Below, in pieces: positions 1-11,747 of a stretch of 64,000 nt of DNA (its first letter is position 1; each line of letters starts with the position of its first letter). The position numbers were made by a program, and so were the translations under genes. The notes beneath the pieces are model-generated. The model ran no database searches. It saw only the letters and a program-made list of their open reading frames with translations, and had not been told where the DNA came from. The DNA comes from Octopus vulgaris. Taxonomy: Eukaryota. The stretch covers positions 48,298,001 to 48,362,000 of the forward strand of contig OX597827.1 of NCBI GenBank assembly GCA_951406725.2, read 5' to 3'.

Positions 1-350
1 TCACACACACACTAAATAAACATAGACGCACATAGAGATATAAGCATGCGCAAATGAAGACATACAATAGAAATACAAAATGGCTGACGGTTAGTAAGGA
101 GAGACACAAGTAAGTGAGAAGAAAACAAAGGACCACTGATGCGGTCACAGGAGTGTGACGAAAGAACTTTGGCCGAAATAAGATTAAGATTAATGTAAAA
201 AATAAATATCACTGAAGCAAAATAACACCAAATATATAGTGCGTGTGTTTTTATTGGCTAAACTGGCAATATGACCATTCCGAAATATAACAATATCTGT
301 TTCAACACACGACTTCACATAAAAAATCTTGCACAACAAATATTTAAACG
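1..350. mobile_element. Short non-coding dispersed element ending in (TA)n, near-identical to the element at 46687-47016; probable Penelope-like (PLE) pseudo-LTR fragment
   Basis: 62-296 is the reverse complement of 46687-46921, and about 255-350 equals 46921-47016. Both copies end AAACG|(TA)n. Confidence 0.6.
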
Positions 351-542
351 TATATATATATACTAAGTAATTAAGGGTTTAGCAACGATTTGCCTCACCA
401 CACACCGAGTTTAGAAATAGCAGTCAAAGAGTTATAGCTATTCTTTCTACTAAAAGGGAGATCTCAGTAAAAAACACAGCACTTAGAACGCAAACGCAGG
501 CAAGAGAGAAAGAAATGACGACAATCATACTATATTAAGTCA

Positions 543-633
543 CCTACGGACGTACGTTTCGAAATTAAGTTTTAGGAAAGCATAAGAATTAGATAATTAT
601 GTCTTACCCAACTATTTTTCTCATCAGCGTAGG
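543..633 (-). ncRNA. Type I hammerhead ribozyme motif (copy in left inverted arm)
   Basis: Reverse complement of the 766-856 motif. Confidence 0.8.
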
Positions 634-765
634 ACTCTACAATTATGAATAATTGTATTTAGCTCGCTCTGATACTATGAGTTTAGCTCGCTCTGATACT
701 ATGAGTTGAGGTGATGTCTTCTAGTACCTCCAAATTTAATATACAATTATTTATAATTGTAGAGT

Positions 766-856
766 CCTACGCTGATGAGAAAAATAGTTGGGTAAGACAT
801 AATTATCTAATTCTTATGCTTTCCTAAAACTTAATTTCGAAACGTACGTCCGTAGG
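766..856 (+). ncRNA. Type I hammerhead ribozyme motif with minimal palindromic helix III
   Basis: CCUACG-CUGAUGA-GAAA(~52 nt loop)UUUC-GAAA-CGUAC-GUC^CGUAGG. 6-bp helix I, consensus core, GUC triplet (predicted cut after 850). Confidence 0.85.
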
Positions 857-1145
857 TGACTTAATATAGTATGATTGTCGTCATTTCTTTCTCTCTTGCC
901 TGCGTTTGCCTTCTAAGTGCTGTGTTTTTTACTGAGATCTCCCTTTTAGTAGAAAGAATAGCTATAACTCTTTGACTGCTATTTCTAAACTCGGTGTGTG
1001 GTGAGGCAAATCGTTGCTAAACCCTTAATTACTTAGTATTACTTAAACTTTCCTCTAATGGGGCTTTTACATGCCGAAATCTACTTGGTGAAATTAATGA
1101 TTATTCCAAATTAATTAATTTTACCCTATATTATTACTGATATAT

Positions 1146-1189
<44 letters not shown>

Positions 1190-1259
1190 GTGTGTGTATA
1201 TGCTTGCGTATGTTTGTTCATATATGTATGTATATATATGTGTGTGTGTATGTGTATGT

Positions 1260-1295
<36 letters not shown>

Positions 1296-1350
1296 GTATG
1301 TTTTATACATATATCTATATATAGATGTGTGTTTGCGTATGTATGTATGC

Positions 1351-1500
1351 AAATCGACCCCAGGACTTATTCTTTGTAAGCCTAGCACTTATTCTATGGG
1401 GCTCTTTTGCCGAACCGCTACGCTATAGAGAACGTAAAGACACCATCATCGGTTGTCAAACGTTGTTGAGGGAACAAACAGTGACATACAAACATATACA
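1351..1500 (-). mobile_element. SINE family A, internal fragment
   Basis: Matches the ATCGACCCCAGGACTTATTCTTTGTAAGCCTAG segment shared with 3220-3620 and 62961-63348. Confidence 0.75.
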
Positions 1501-2151
1501 CACACATACATACATATATGTTATCGACTTGTTGCGAGCTCCTTGGGGATCATGAGGGGAGCTACTGCCATCTGAAATCCGTGTCGTATCGTCCCTGACT
1601 CTGTTTGTGTGTGTTTGAATATGTGTATATGCATGTGTGCATGGTGTATGTGTGTTTATATATATGTTTCTATGCATATATTTATATATAGATGTCTGTA
1701 AGTATGTATGCATGCATGTATTTATATATATATATATGTATGTATGTGTCTGTGTGGGAGGTGTGAGTATATATATATGTTTTTATACGTATATTTCAAT
1801 ATATAAATGTGCGTGCGTATGTTTGTATGCATATATGTACTTGTATATATATATGAATATATACGCATACACATGCATGCACATACACGCAAATACAAAC
1901 ACACATACATACACACCGCACGCACACACACCGCACATACACACACATCTAAATATATGGAGAATGAATTTAATGTTGCTGTGTGTATATATATGCTTTT
2001 ATATATAGATGTGAGAATTTGGTACTGGGCCAGAAATATATGATATATAATGTGTTTATACAAAAACACATATATAAGTGCATGCATATTCCTGCATGTA
2101 CAACTACACGCACGCGCACGCACACAAACACACAAACATATATATATGTTT

Positions 2152-2382
2152 TTTTCTTTACTACCCACAAGGGGCTAAACACAGAGGGGACAGACAAGGA
2201 CAGACAAACGGATTAAGTCGATTACATCGACCCCAGTGCGTATCTGGTACTTAATTTATCGACCCGGAAATAATGAAAGGCAAAGTCGGCCTCGGCGGAA
2301 TTTCAACTCAGAACGTAACGGCAGACGAAATACGGCTACGCATTTCGCCCGGTGTGCTAACGTTTCTGCCAGCTCGCCGCCT
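2152..2382 (-). mobile_element. SINE family B (tRNA-derived head, conserved central domain)
   Basis: Minus strand reads GGCGGCGAGCTGGCAGAAACGTTAGCAC...GAGTTGAAATTCCGCCGAGG (A/B-box-like), followed by the CTTTGCCTTTCAT...GGGTCGATAAATTAAGTACCAG core. Confidence 0.85.
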
Positions 2383-2416
2383 TCACAAACATATATATCA
2401 TGCATACATACATACT

Positions 2417-2463
<47 letters not shown>

Positions 2464-2588
2464 TTATACATGCATACATACATACATACATACATACTTA
2501 CATATAGGCGCACTGATTAATTAAACCTTTGAAGACTAGTAATTGGAAATCAAGGAATGAAAATAACAAAATGGCGATATTCCACTGT

Positions 2589-2625
2589 TTAGTAGTAGTA
2601 GTAGCAGTAGTAGTAGTAGTAGTAT

Positions 2626-2690
<65 letters not shown>

Positions 2691-2760
2691 ATAGCAGCAG
2701 CAGCAACACCAGCAACAACAACAACAGCAGCAACAGCTGTAGCAAAAGCAGCAGCAGCTA
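2589..2760. repeat. Compound (GTA)n/(GCA,ACA)n microsatellite
   Basis: Directly visible trinucleotide runs. Confidence 0.9.
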
Positions 2761-3219
2761 ATTTTGTTCATACTCTGAGAAGGTCCAATTCACCGCTTGT
2801 TGGAGCAGGATTTTGATCGACGTTACATGATCATTATTTTATATGTATCCTCTTCATAGCTCTAATGAACCGAGATGCCATCATCTTAATTCTTTTTAGG
2901 GATACTTCGCTGTTCTTTCGTACGGGTCGTGCGGCAAAAAGAAGCTGCCTATTTCTTATGTAATCGAGACCCAATGTCAACCTCGGCAGAATTTGAACTT
3001 AGAACATAAAGACGGAAGAAATGGTTGTGCCAGCTCATTGCTTTAAGAAGGTAGTATATATTGGTTTCAAGCTTTGGCACAAAGCCAGCAATTTTGGCGC
3101 AGAGTGAAAAGTGGATTACGTCGACCCCACTGGTCAGCTCTTACTTTATTTACAAATCTCCGATAGCATGTGAGGCAAAGTCGTCCTCGGCGGAAAGTAA
3201 AGCTTCTTGGTTGGTATAC

Positions 3220-3432
3220 TTTTTACACTTTTACTTGTTTCAGTCATTTGACTGCGTCCATGCTGGAGCACCGGCTTTAGTCGAGCAAATCAACCCCAGG
3301 ACTTATTCTTTGTAAGCCTAGTACTTATTCTATCGGTCTTTTTGCCGAACCGCTAAGTTACGGGGACTTAAACGCACCAGCATCTGTTGTCCAGCGATGT
3401 TGAAGGGACAAACACAGACACACAAACACACG

Positions 3433-3464
<32 letters not shown>

Positions 3465-3620
3465 CATATATACGACGGGCTTCTTTCAGTTTCCGTCTAC
3501 CAAATCCACTCACAAGGTTTTGGTCGGCCCGAGGCTATAGTAGAAGAGACTTGTCCAAGGTGCCACGCAGTGGGACTCAACGCGGAACCATCTGGTTCGT
3601 AAGGAAGCTACTTACCACAC
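3220..3620 (-). mobile_element. SINE family A (tRNA-derived, CORE-like GGCACCTTGGGCAAGT segment, internal TA/CA tract)
   Basis: Near full-length copy colinear with 62961-63348. Confidence 0.85.
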
Positions 3621-3697
3621 TGCTAACGATTTTGCCAGCTCGCAATCTTGAATGCATTATATATTACAACGTATTTTATAGTCATACACACAAACAC

Positions 3698-3713
3698 AAA
3701 ACAACAACAACAA

Positions 3714-3755
<42 letters not shown>

Positions 3756-3790
3756 TATTATTATTAATAATAATAATATTAATAATAATA

Positions 3791-3821
<31 letters not shown>

Positions 3822-3871
3822 TGATAATCCATGCACACTTCAAAACAGTTTCCACATTTATATTTATAATT

Positions 3872-3945
<74 letters not shown>

Positions 3946-3960
3946 TAATAATAATAATAA
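3698..3960. repeat. (TTA)n/(TAA)n microsatellite block with a 43-bp duplicated unique segment
   Basis: Visible runs; 3828-3870 equals 3961-4003. Confidence 0.9.
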
Positions 3961-4585
3961 TCCATGCACACTTCAAAACAGTTTCCACATTTATATTTAT
4001 AATACCCTTTTCTGAATTGGGTTTATTAGAAACCCAATATGATATCGTTATTGAACGCTGTTAAATTATATGTGATTAATTATCTTCGAACGGCATGTTT
4101 AATTCGTCCAAATTCCAAGATTGAACCAATTCACATCAATTATGAGGCTGAATGAATGAACGGCATATACAATAACACTCAGTATTCGACCCGACAATAA
4201 ATATCAGAGGATTTATGCCGAGGTCAATTTAAGAAACGAGAAAAATAAATCTAATATTTCTACTCTTTCTGTGTCTCTCACGCCATTCCTTATCCATAAT
4301 CCCGCTCTCTTTCATTCTATCAAATAACCCGAATTCTCAGTTCTACGCTGATCTCGGTATTAATGGTATATATTTGTTTATTTACGCTTCTCTTGAATGA
4401 CCTTTCTTCAAACCCTTTATACCTATTGCGACTTCTACATGTTCTTTTCTATTTTGCTTCTTTTCTTCTTCTATCCCAACAAATATTACGGATATCAGAA
4501 TCCTCCAATTAATTATCCTTTCTTTTCCAACTATGCCTGGGATTTTGTGTTTCTGTCGGAATGTCTATCTATGTCTTTCAGTCTT

Positions 4586-4623
<38 letters not shown>

Positions 4624-4653
4624 CATCTATCTACCTATCTATCTATCAATTTA

Positions 4654-4686
<33 letters not shown>

Positions 4687-4747
4687 GTATGTGTGTGTGT
4701 TTGTGTGTGTGTGAGTGTGTGTGTATGTGTGTATGTGTGTGTGTGTA

Positions 4748-5046
4748 GAGGCATATGTCTTAGTGGTTAGAGCAGCGGACTCGAGGTCGAGAGTTCGCGG
4801 GTTCGAACCTCAGACCGGGCGATGTGTATGTTTATGATGGAAACACCTAAGTTCCACGCGGCTCATACAGAAGGTAATGGCGAACTTCTGCTGACTCTTT
4901 CGCCACAACTTTCTCTCACTCTTTCCTCTTGCATCTTGCAGCTTACCTACGACGGACCGGCATCCCGTCCAGGTGGGGAACCTATACGCCAAGGAAACCG
5001 GGAAACCAGCCCTTATGAGCCAGGCATGGCTCGAGAACGAACAAAC
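4748..5046 (+). mobile_element. SINE family C (tRNA-derived head)
   Basis: Box A TAGTGGTTAGAGC and box B GGTTCGAACC; colinear with 54391-54703. Confidence 0.85.
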
Positions 5047-5109
5047 ATATATATCCACACACACACACACACACACATACACACACAAATACACACACAT
5101 ACACACATA

Positions 5110-5853
5110 TAAAAATTTTCTTCTGATATAGGATAAACTTCATCAGTGGGCAGCATATCAAAATACATTTTGAGTTGAAAGTTATGAACAGTTATAAGGG
5201 CAAAAGAAAAAAAGTTTCTGTCAATATGCTGAGAAAGAGAATTTATATAGTTAACCACCACATACAATATTTTTCACTATAAATACAAAGTATGTTGAAA
5301 ACGAGGAAAGCAAGCTAACAGAATTATTTTTGAAATTTCGTTATCACCGAATCTGACCAAGTCACATCAATTATGACGTTCAATGAACGGTATATGCAAT
5401 ACACTCAGTATTAGACTCGCCAATAAGTATCAGGGGATTTATGCTGAGGCCAATTTAAGAAGGGATTTTCCTTCATCAGCGGAGAACACGATAAGACACA
5501 GATACCATACTTACATATACCCATGGAAAAATCAAATGCAAAGTCAAGAGATATTGGGGTACTTAAATGTACACATGACTTACCATCTGCTTTTCCCGTG
5601 AGTATATATAATTATCACATTTATTTCTTATCCTGTTCTCCGCTGATAAAGGAAAAATCCTTTATGGAATAATGCAGAAATCGGTCCAGTTTGGTGATAA
5701 CGAAATATAAAAAAAAATTCTACTAGCTTGCTTTCCTCGTTCTCAAGACGCAGTGTATTTAAAGTGAGAAATATTGTATGTGGTGATTGACGATATAAAG
5801 TCTCTTTCTCAGCCTATTGGCATATAAATTTTTTGTTTTGCCCTTATTTCTAA
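5110..5853. mobile_element. Decayed nested inverted-repeat element, probably PLE-derived
   Basis: ~5190-5360 is inverted to ~5685-5850, and ~5460-5500 is inverted to ~5625-5660. Contains CTGATGAAG(-), CTGATAAAG(+) and GAAATCGGTC pieces. Flanked by CA/TA repeats. Confidence 0.5.
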
Positions 5854-5865
5854 TATATATATATA

Positions 5866-6455
5866 TATAAGATCCGGGGATCGAAGGGTAGGAAAAAAGT
5901 TAGCTTCAAGCAATCCGTGGTAAATACGGAAAAAACACAAAAAAATTCAGGGACAATAGTGATTTATTGAAACAGAAGGTTGTAGGCTCTTTTTCGTTTT
6001 AAATTGCGATAAACTAAAAAAAGTTATTTTTATATTTCACAATAGGCGACCAGATTTGCCATTGTACGAATAGGAATACAAGAGTTACAGAATGGCCTTT
6101 ATAAGATCCGTGTTACATATGTTTCATGGTGAGCGGAACGTCAGAAGTGGTAAATATCCAAACGAGGTGTATAACGCAAGCTACTTTTCAAGCCAACAAT
6201 ATCTTGATTAAATGAGAGTTTGTCACAAGGAAGTAAATAATTACGCATGCAAATTCAGTCAAAATTTGATTGAATCTTCCTTGCATTAGCATATACTTCA
6301 TTGCGACAATGTAAGCTTCTATCTAATCAAGATATCCTTGCCCTGAAGGGTACCCTGCGGTTTACACCACGCTTGGGTATTTGCCACTTCTCTGGTCCCC
6401 CTCAATATGAAAAATATGTAGCCTGGATCGTATCTACTCCATTCTGTAACTCTTA
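5866..6455. mobile_element. TA-flanked element with diverged ~170 bp inverted arms
   Basis: AAGAGTTACAGAATGG at ~6080 versus CCATTCTGTAACTCTT at ~6440; similarity continues through ~6080-6250 versus ~6285-6455. Confidence 0.55.
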
Positions 6456-6501
6456 TATATATATATATATATATAAATAGAGAGAGAGAGAGAATGAGAT
6501 T

Positions 6502-6561
<60 letters not shown>

Positions 6562-6763
6562 CATGTGTGTATGTGTGTACATGATGCACTATTAAAAAAG
6601 TGTTGAGACAGTGATTCTAAAATTTCCGCTGGTTAGCTTTCATTACACACCCCGATTAAGGCTAGCAGTGGTGTACTTCGATGTCACAAAAATCCTTGAG
6701 TAATCTTGTTGTTTAAAGGAACATCATGATTCTTAGAACTCGACATAAAACATTAATGTCTGT

Positions 6764-6806
<43 letters not shown>

Positions 6807-7390
6807 TAAATGTATGTACGTATGGATGTATATTACATGCACAGACGAATCTTTACGTATATATATATATATATAGAGAGAGATATACAAGACATTTATA
6901 AATACCAGGATGGGTAAGACAGAGAGAGGGGGGGAGAGAAAGACAGACAGACACAGAATCTTGAAATTATGATATCGTTGTATTGACTTGTACATATCGC
7001 GAGGTGAAAAGCTCGCGCTATCGATTGCTTGCACTGATTCAACTAAGCTGAATTTATTATGTTAAAAGGCATATAATGCAACCTGAAAGTATTCGTTCCG
7101 TGATAGCATCTCTTATATCACATACCAATAAAAAGAAACTGTCATATTACTTGCTTCTTTACGAAAAGTACATAGAGCACAAAACCCTCATATGCTCATA
7201 TACATACATGCCTATACATATATGTGTATGTATATATGTGTATACATGTACATATATATGTGTGTGCGTATGCGTATATTCATATATATATATATATATA
7301 TACTAGATTAAGCATATAAATGTGAAACAAGGTGGAAAAAATAGTACTCAATTACTGGGGGTAGAGTAATACATTTTTCCATTCTCAACG

Positions 7391-7436
7391 AAAACTGTCC
7401 GACGCACGAGAACGTGAAACTCTGAGTAACAGTTTT
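7391..7436 (+). ncRNA. Variant or degenerate type I HHR motif in a ~170 bp TA-flanked element (7301-7474)
   Basis: AAAACUGU-CCGACGC-ACG(AGAA)CGU-GAAA-CUCUGA-GUA^ACAGUUUU. 8-bp helix I; core differs from CUGANGA at two positions. Confidence 0.55.
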
Positions 7437-7560
7437 TGTGATGTTTTTACAAGTGTACTAATAAACTGTAAGCATATATATATATATGTATATATATGTA
7501 TATATATATATGTATATATATATATGTATACATATATATGTATGTATGTATATATATATG

Positions 7561-7653
<93 letters not shown>

Positions 7654-7660
7654 ATATATG

Positions 7661-9458
7661 TAATCAAACCATATGCATAGCACTCGTGGAGACTCACCTC
7701 AGCCCTGATATAGAGGACGCAGAAGTACACATTCCAAACTATGCCATACTGCGAACAGATAGAAGGGAAAGAAGCCATGGTGGAGTTGCTGTATACATCC
7801 AAGATGACCTCACACCCCAGATCTTAATGACATACTCAAATTCGGTATGTGACACTTTAATTGTATACATAAGACAACATAATATAGTCATATGCAATAC
7901 ATATTGCCCACCGGATGCTCCAAATCACATAGGCAAGTTTGAAGATTGCCTCACAAGAATTAAAGAAATGCTCATGAATCTGGAACACCACGTGGCCATA
8001 TTTCTTATGAGTGATTTCAACTTCCCCAACGTCAAATGGCCCGAAGGTCTCATACTCTCAGGAATGAATCATTGCAAGCAAGTACAGGTGTAGTCCCTGC
8101 TCAGCCTCACCAACGCCTTATTCATGGAGTAAGTTGTACTCAAACCAACTAGGGCGAATAACATTCTGGATCTCTGCTTCACAAACAATATGGACATCAT
8201 TCATGATGTGAAAGTGACACCGACATTTGTTTCGGATCACAACATAATAGAGCTGTCTATGTTTGGACCAAAAATCTCCCCAATCTGAACTTCCACAAAG
8301 CAGATTGGAAATCTATCCAAAAAGAGATGCTCAGAGAAGACTGGCTGGAATGTCTCTCCACACCAGACATTGACATGAAACTAGAATGTTTCATGTCTTC
8401 TGTGCAAGCCGTATACCAGAAATATGTCCCAGAGCACAAGGCCAAAACAAATAGGAGCAAGATTCCGAGAGACAAGAAGATCCTCATGAGACGACGGACG
8501 AAGGTGGCAAATCGTCTCAACCAACATCCCAAAAGTAGCGAAACGTCCCGCCTCAAAACAACACTGATGGGGATCGAAAAAAGACTGCAACAATCCTATG
8601 TGAGGGAGAAAGCAGGCAAAGACGCCTGGGTTATAAAAAACATTAAATCAAACCCAAAGGCCTTCTTTCATTACGCGAAAGAAACAGTCTCAGTACACTA
8701 CAAGATAGGACCCCTCCTCCAAAAGGATCGCTCCCTCACAGACAGTCCAACTAAGATCAGTGAGATGCTGAATGTCCAGTTCAAAAGTGTCTTTACCACC
8801 CCTTTGGAACACAGACAAGTGAACGAACCAGTGGACCTCTTTGCCGCCTCACCTATAACCACCGAGGCGGTTACAATAGAATGTATTGACATTAGTGAAG
8901 AAGATGTCCTACTAGCCATAGATGAAGTGGACACAAACTCAACTGCTGGTCCAGATGGTTTCCCAGCAATCCTCCTCAAAGCGTGTAAGCATGCCCTGGC
9001 AAAACCCCTCAAGATTCTCTTCCAGAGCTTTCTTACAAATGGCAAACTGCCAAGCAAGCTGAAGGAGGGAATAATATGCCCAATGCATAAAGGGAGATAT
9101 AGAGCAGATGCCAAAAACTATAGGTCTATCTCTCTGACTTCACACATCAGCATAGTCATGGAACGGATAGTCGGAAAGAAACTAATCGCATTCCTTGAGG
9201 AAAATAACTTGCTGAGTGATATCCAGCATGGTTTTCGACCAGTTAGGAGCTGCCTGACCCAGCTCTTACAACCTTATGACTGGGTGTTGAGGCAGTTACT
9301 CAACAAATCAAATGTGGACGTAATCTACCTTGATTTTGCAAAAGCTTTTGACGAGGTGGATCATGGTATGATATGCCACAAACTGCGTGACCTCGGCATA
9401 GCTGGAAAACTTGGAGTGTGGTTACATGACTTCCTGAAAGATAGGAGTCAGGCAGTAG

Positions 9459-9459
<1 letters not shown>
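7661..9459 (+). pseudogene. CR1-group non-LTR retrotransposon ORF2 fragment (APE endonuclease plus N-terminal RT)
   Basis: APE motifs: ETHL, GGVAVYI, DFNFP, LDLCFTN, SDHN. RT motifs: [27 protein letters not shown]. In-frame stops at ~8091 and ~8130 and a frameshift near 8270. Ends before the YADD box. Confidence 0.92.
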
Positions 9460-9493
<34 letters not shown>

Positions 9494-9532
9494 ATGCATG
9501 TATGCAAGTATGTACGTATATGCATATATGTA

Positions 9533-9592
<60 letters not shown>

Positions 9593-9979
9593 TGTGTGAG
9601 GGGTGTATGTGTGTGTGCTCTAGCATAAAGGACCGAGTGCAATAATAATTGTGCGACGGTAAGTTAGCAGTAATTGCATCATGAACTTCAGTAGCGAGCA
9701 CCTGTTTCTGCTATAAGTAGCAGTGCACCCAGAGCTGCGTGCTTGTGTAGCATCTTATAACTTCCACAGTGTCATTAAAATGAAGTGAATTTTTATTTCG
9801 GGAAGCATTTACAAAGTAATGTCTTTCAATGCTTTCATAAATAAATATATACGCCATATTAATGGCTCCAAGAACGGTATAAATAATTGCGCAGTCACTC
9901 AACTCAGTGCACTGCATTTTATAGCATGCAATATTATATAAACATACATACACACAAATGCACACACACACTCAGATAT

Positions 9980-10105
9980 GTGTATACAATGCATTATATA
10001 TATATATACATATATATTTATGTATATGTATACAATGCATTATATATATATTTTTATATATATATATATATATACAATGCATTATATATATATTTTTATA
10101 TATAT

Positions 10106-10165
<60 letters not shown>

Positions 10166-10172
10166 ACAATGC

Positions 10173-10250
<78 letters not shown>
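9980..10250. repeat. TA-rich minisatellite: four TATACAATGCATTATATAT units embedded in (TA)n
   Basis: Units near 9983, 10029, 10071 and 10163. Confidence 0.8.
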
Positions 10251-10253
<3 letters not shown>

Positions 10254-11091
10254 GGAAGTTCCTTCAATACTACTGAATAATGGTACTGTACCAAACATTA
10301 AGTATGCCTTTAGACACCATGGAAAAATTATTAAACATGTTTCATGGTATCCATTTTCAATTTTCTATCTTCTATCGATGCATTCCTTGATGTTTATAAC
10401 TTTATGTTTCTGTGTTGTCTTACGAGAACCCTTCCTTTAATCTCCCTCTCTCTCACTCTCACTCTCATCCCCTCTCTCTGTCTCTCTTTCTCTCTATCTC
10501 AGTTAACCCATTCCTGTTCGTTTATACGTTTGCTCTTAATATTGGTATTCATCGTTGCTCATTCATAGCGCCAATATTCACACAGATCCTTTTGTTAGCT
10601 TTTCCCTTAGTACGCTTTTTCCGTTTTACACTTTTTGGGGTAAAACTTCAAACCATTATCGACATAAAAAAAATTATTCATAATATGCTATTTTCATCCC
10701 TTTCATATTTTTTATGTTTATGTTTAATTAATTATTCTTTGATGTGAGTCGATTTTCTTCTTTGGGAATGCTGTTTAACTGTCTTTTCTTTGTGTTGAAT
10801 TGCAAAATATTGCCCTCAGAGCCAGTGAGAATCTGAAACACAAATTGAAAAATGCATATAAATGCGAAAGGGTTTTGCCCTCATCGTTTTTATTTCTCAT
10901 AACTTTGATTGACTATGAAGCTCGAAATAATTTGCGTTATGAGATCATTTCCATACATGATTAAATCTGCATATAAAAATAAAAAGAACAACAACAACAA
11001 TAATAATAACAACAACAACAACAACAATAACAACAACAACAGCAATAATAATAATACTACTAATAATAATAATAACAATAATAATAATAAT

Positions 11092-11644
11092 TGCCCTGAT
11101 GCAGTACCAGGCATTAGCACTCATGGCTTTTGATTTTAACTGATTGGAAGTGTTATCATGTACGTTTTGTCTTGGTATAAAAGATGGTCTACAGTAAATA
11201 TTCTGCTCAATACCACAGATTTGCTTGTCAGTTGTTTGACCATAACCAGTTGAGTATGTCCCTTAGTGGCTGACGATATGTGCATCTCTGACCACGAGCA
11301 GAAGTAGTGGGGGAGCACCACAGTCGATTGTTGAAAGGAATTCTTAGAGGTTTGGATAATTCCCCTATGGAAACATGGGCGATTCGTTCAACATCTTTAA
11401 ACAACACCTATTCAGGGAACTTTTGAGCGGGATGGGTTACTCGACTAGAAGAAATTTCTAACTGGGCCCTACCTGCAATATCATGTGCTGTATATCTTGA
11501 TATGAGATCACCATGTCGCGCATATTTGGTTATAATGCATGTGCCTAGAGTACCCTTATCAGACAGGTAGTCATGATGGGTATACTGGGCTTCGTATATT
11601 TTACCCCAGTGTCACTTTGATAGCATGCACTGCTCTCTCACTCA
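11092..11644 (+). mobile_element. ~550 bp non-coding element inserted in (TAA)n (family T)
   Basis: GCCCTGATGCAGTACCAGG...CTCTCTCACTCA(ATA)n. Further copies at 40664-40936, 40995-41160 and 44830-45621, all adjoining TAA repeats. Confidence 0.8.
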
Positions 11645-11677
11645 ATAATAATAATAGTAATAATAATAGTAATAATG

Positions 11678-11746
<69 letters not shown>

Positions 11747-11747
11747 G

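Larger units (their letters stand above)
360..1140. mobile_element. PLE-like / retrozyme-like element with ~300 bp inverted arms, inserted in (TA)n
   Basis: Arm 360-658 is the near-perfect reverse complement of 741-1039. There is an ~80 bp spacer, a unique tail at 1040-1140, and TA repeats on both sides. Each arm carries an HHR. Confidence 0.8.

Noticed and set aside
131-296. Possible HHRs CUGAUGC-GGUCA..UGGCC-GAAA and CUGAAGC..GAAA
   Set aside because: A9 is replaced by C, and I found no convincing helix I or cleavage triplet, so these are not called as ribozymes.
4748-4820. tRNA-like sequences (also at 54395 and 57229)
   Set aside because: These are SINE heads that continue into repeat bodies, without a complete acceptor stem.
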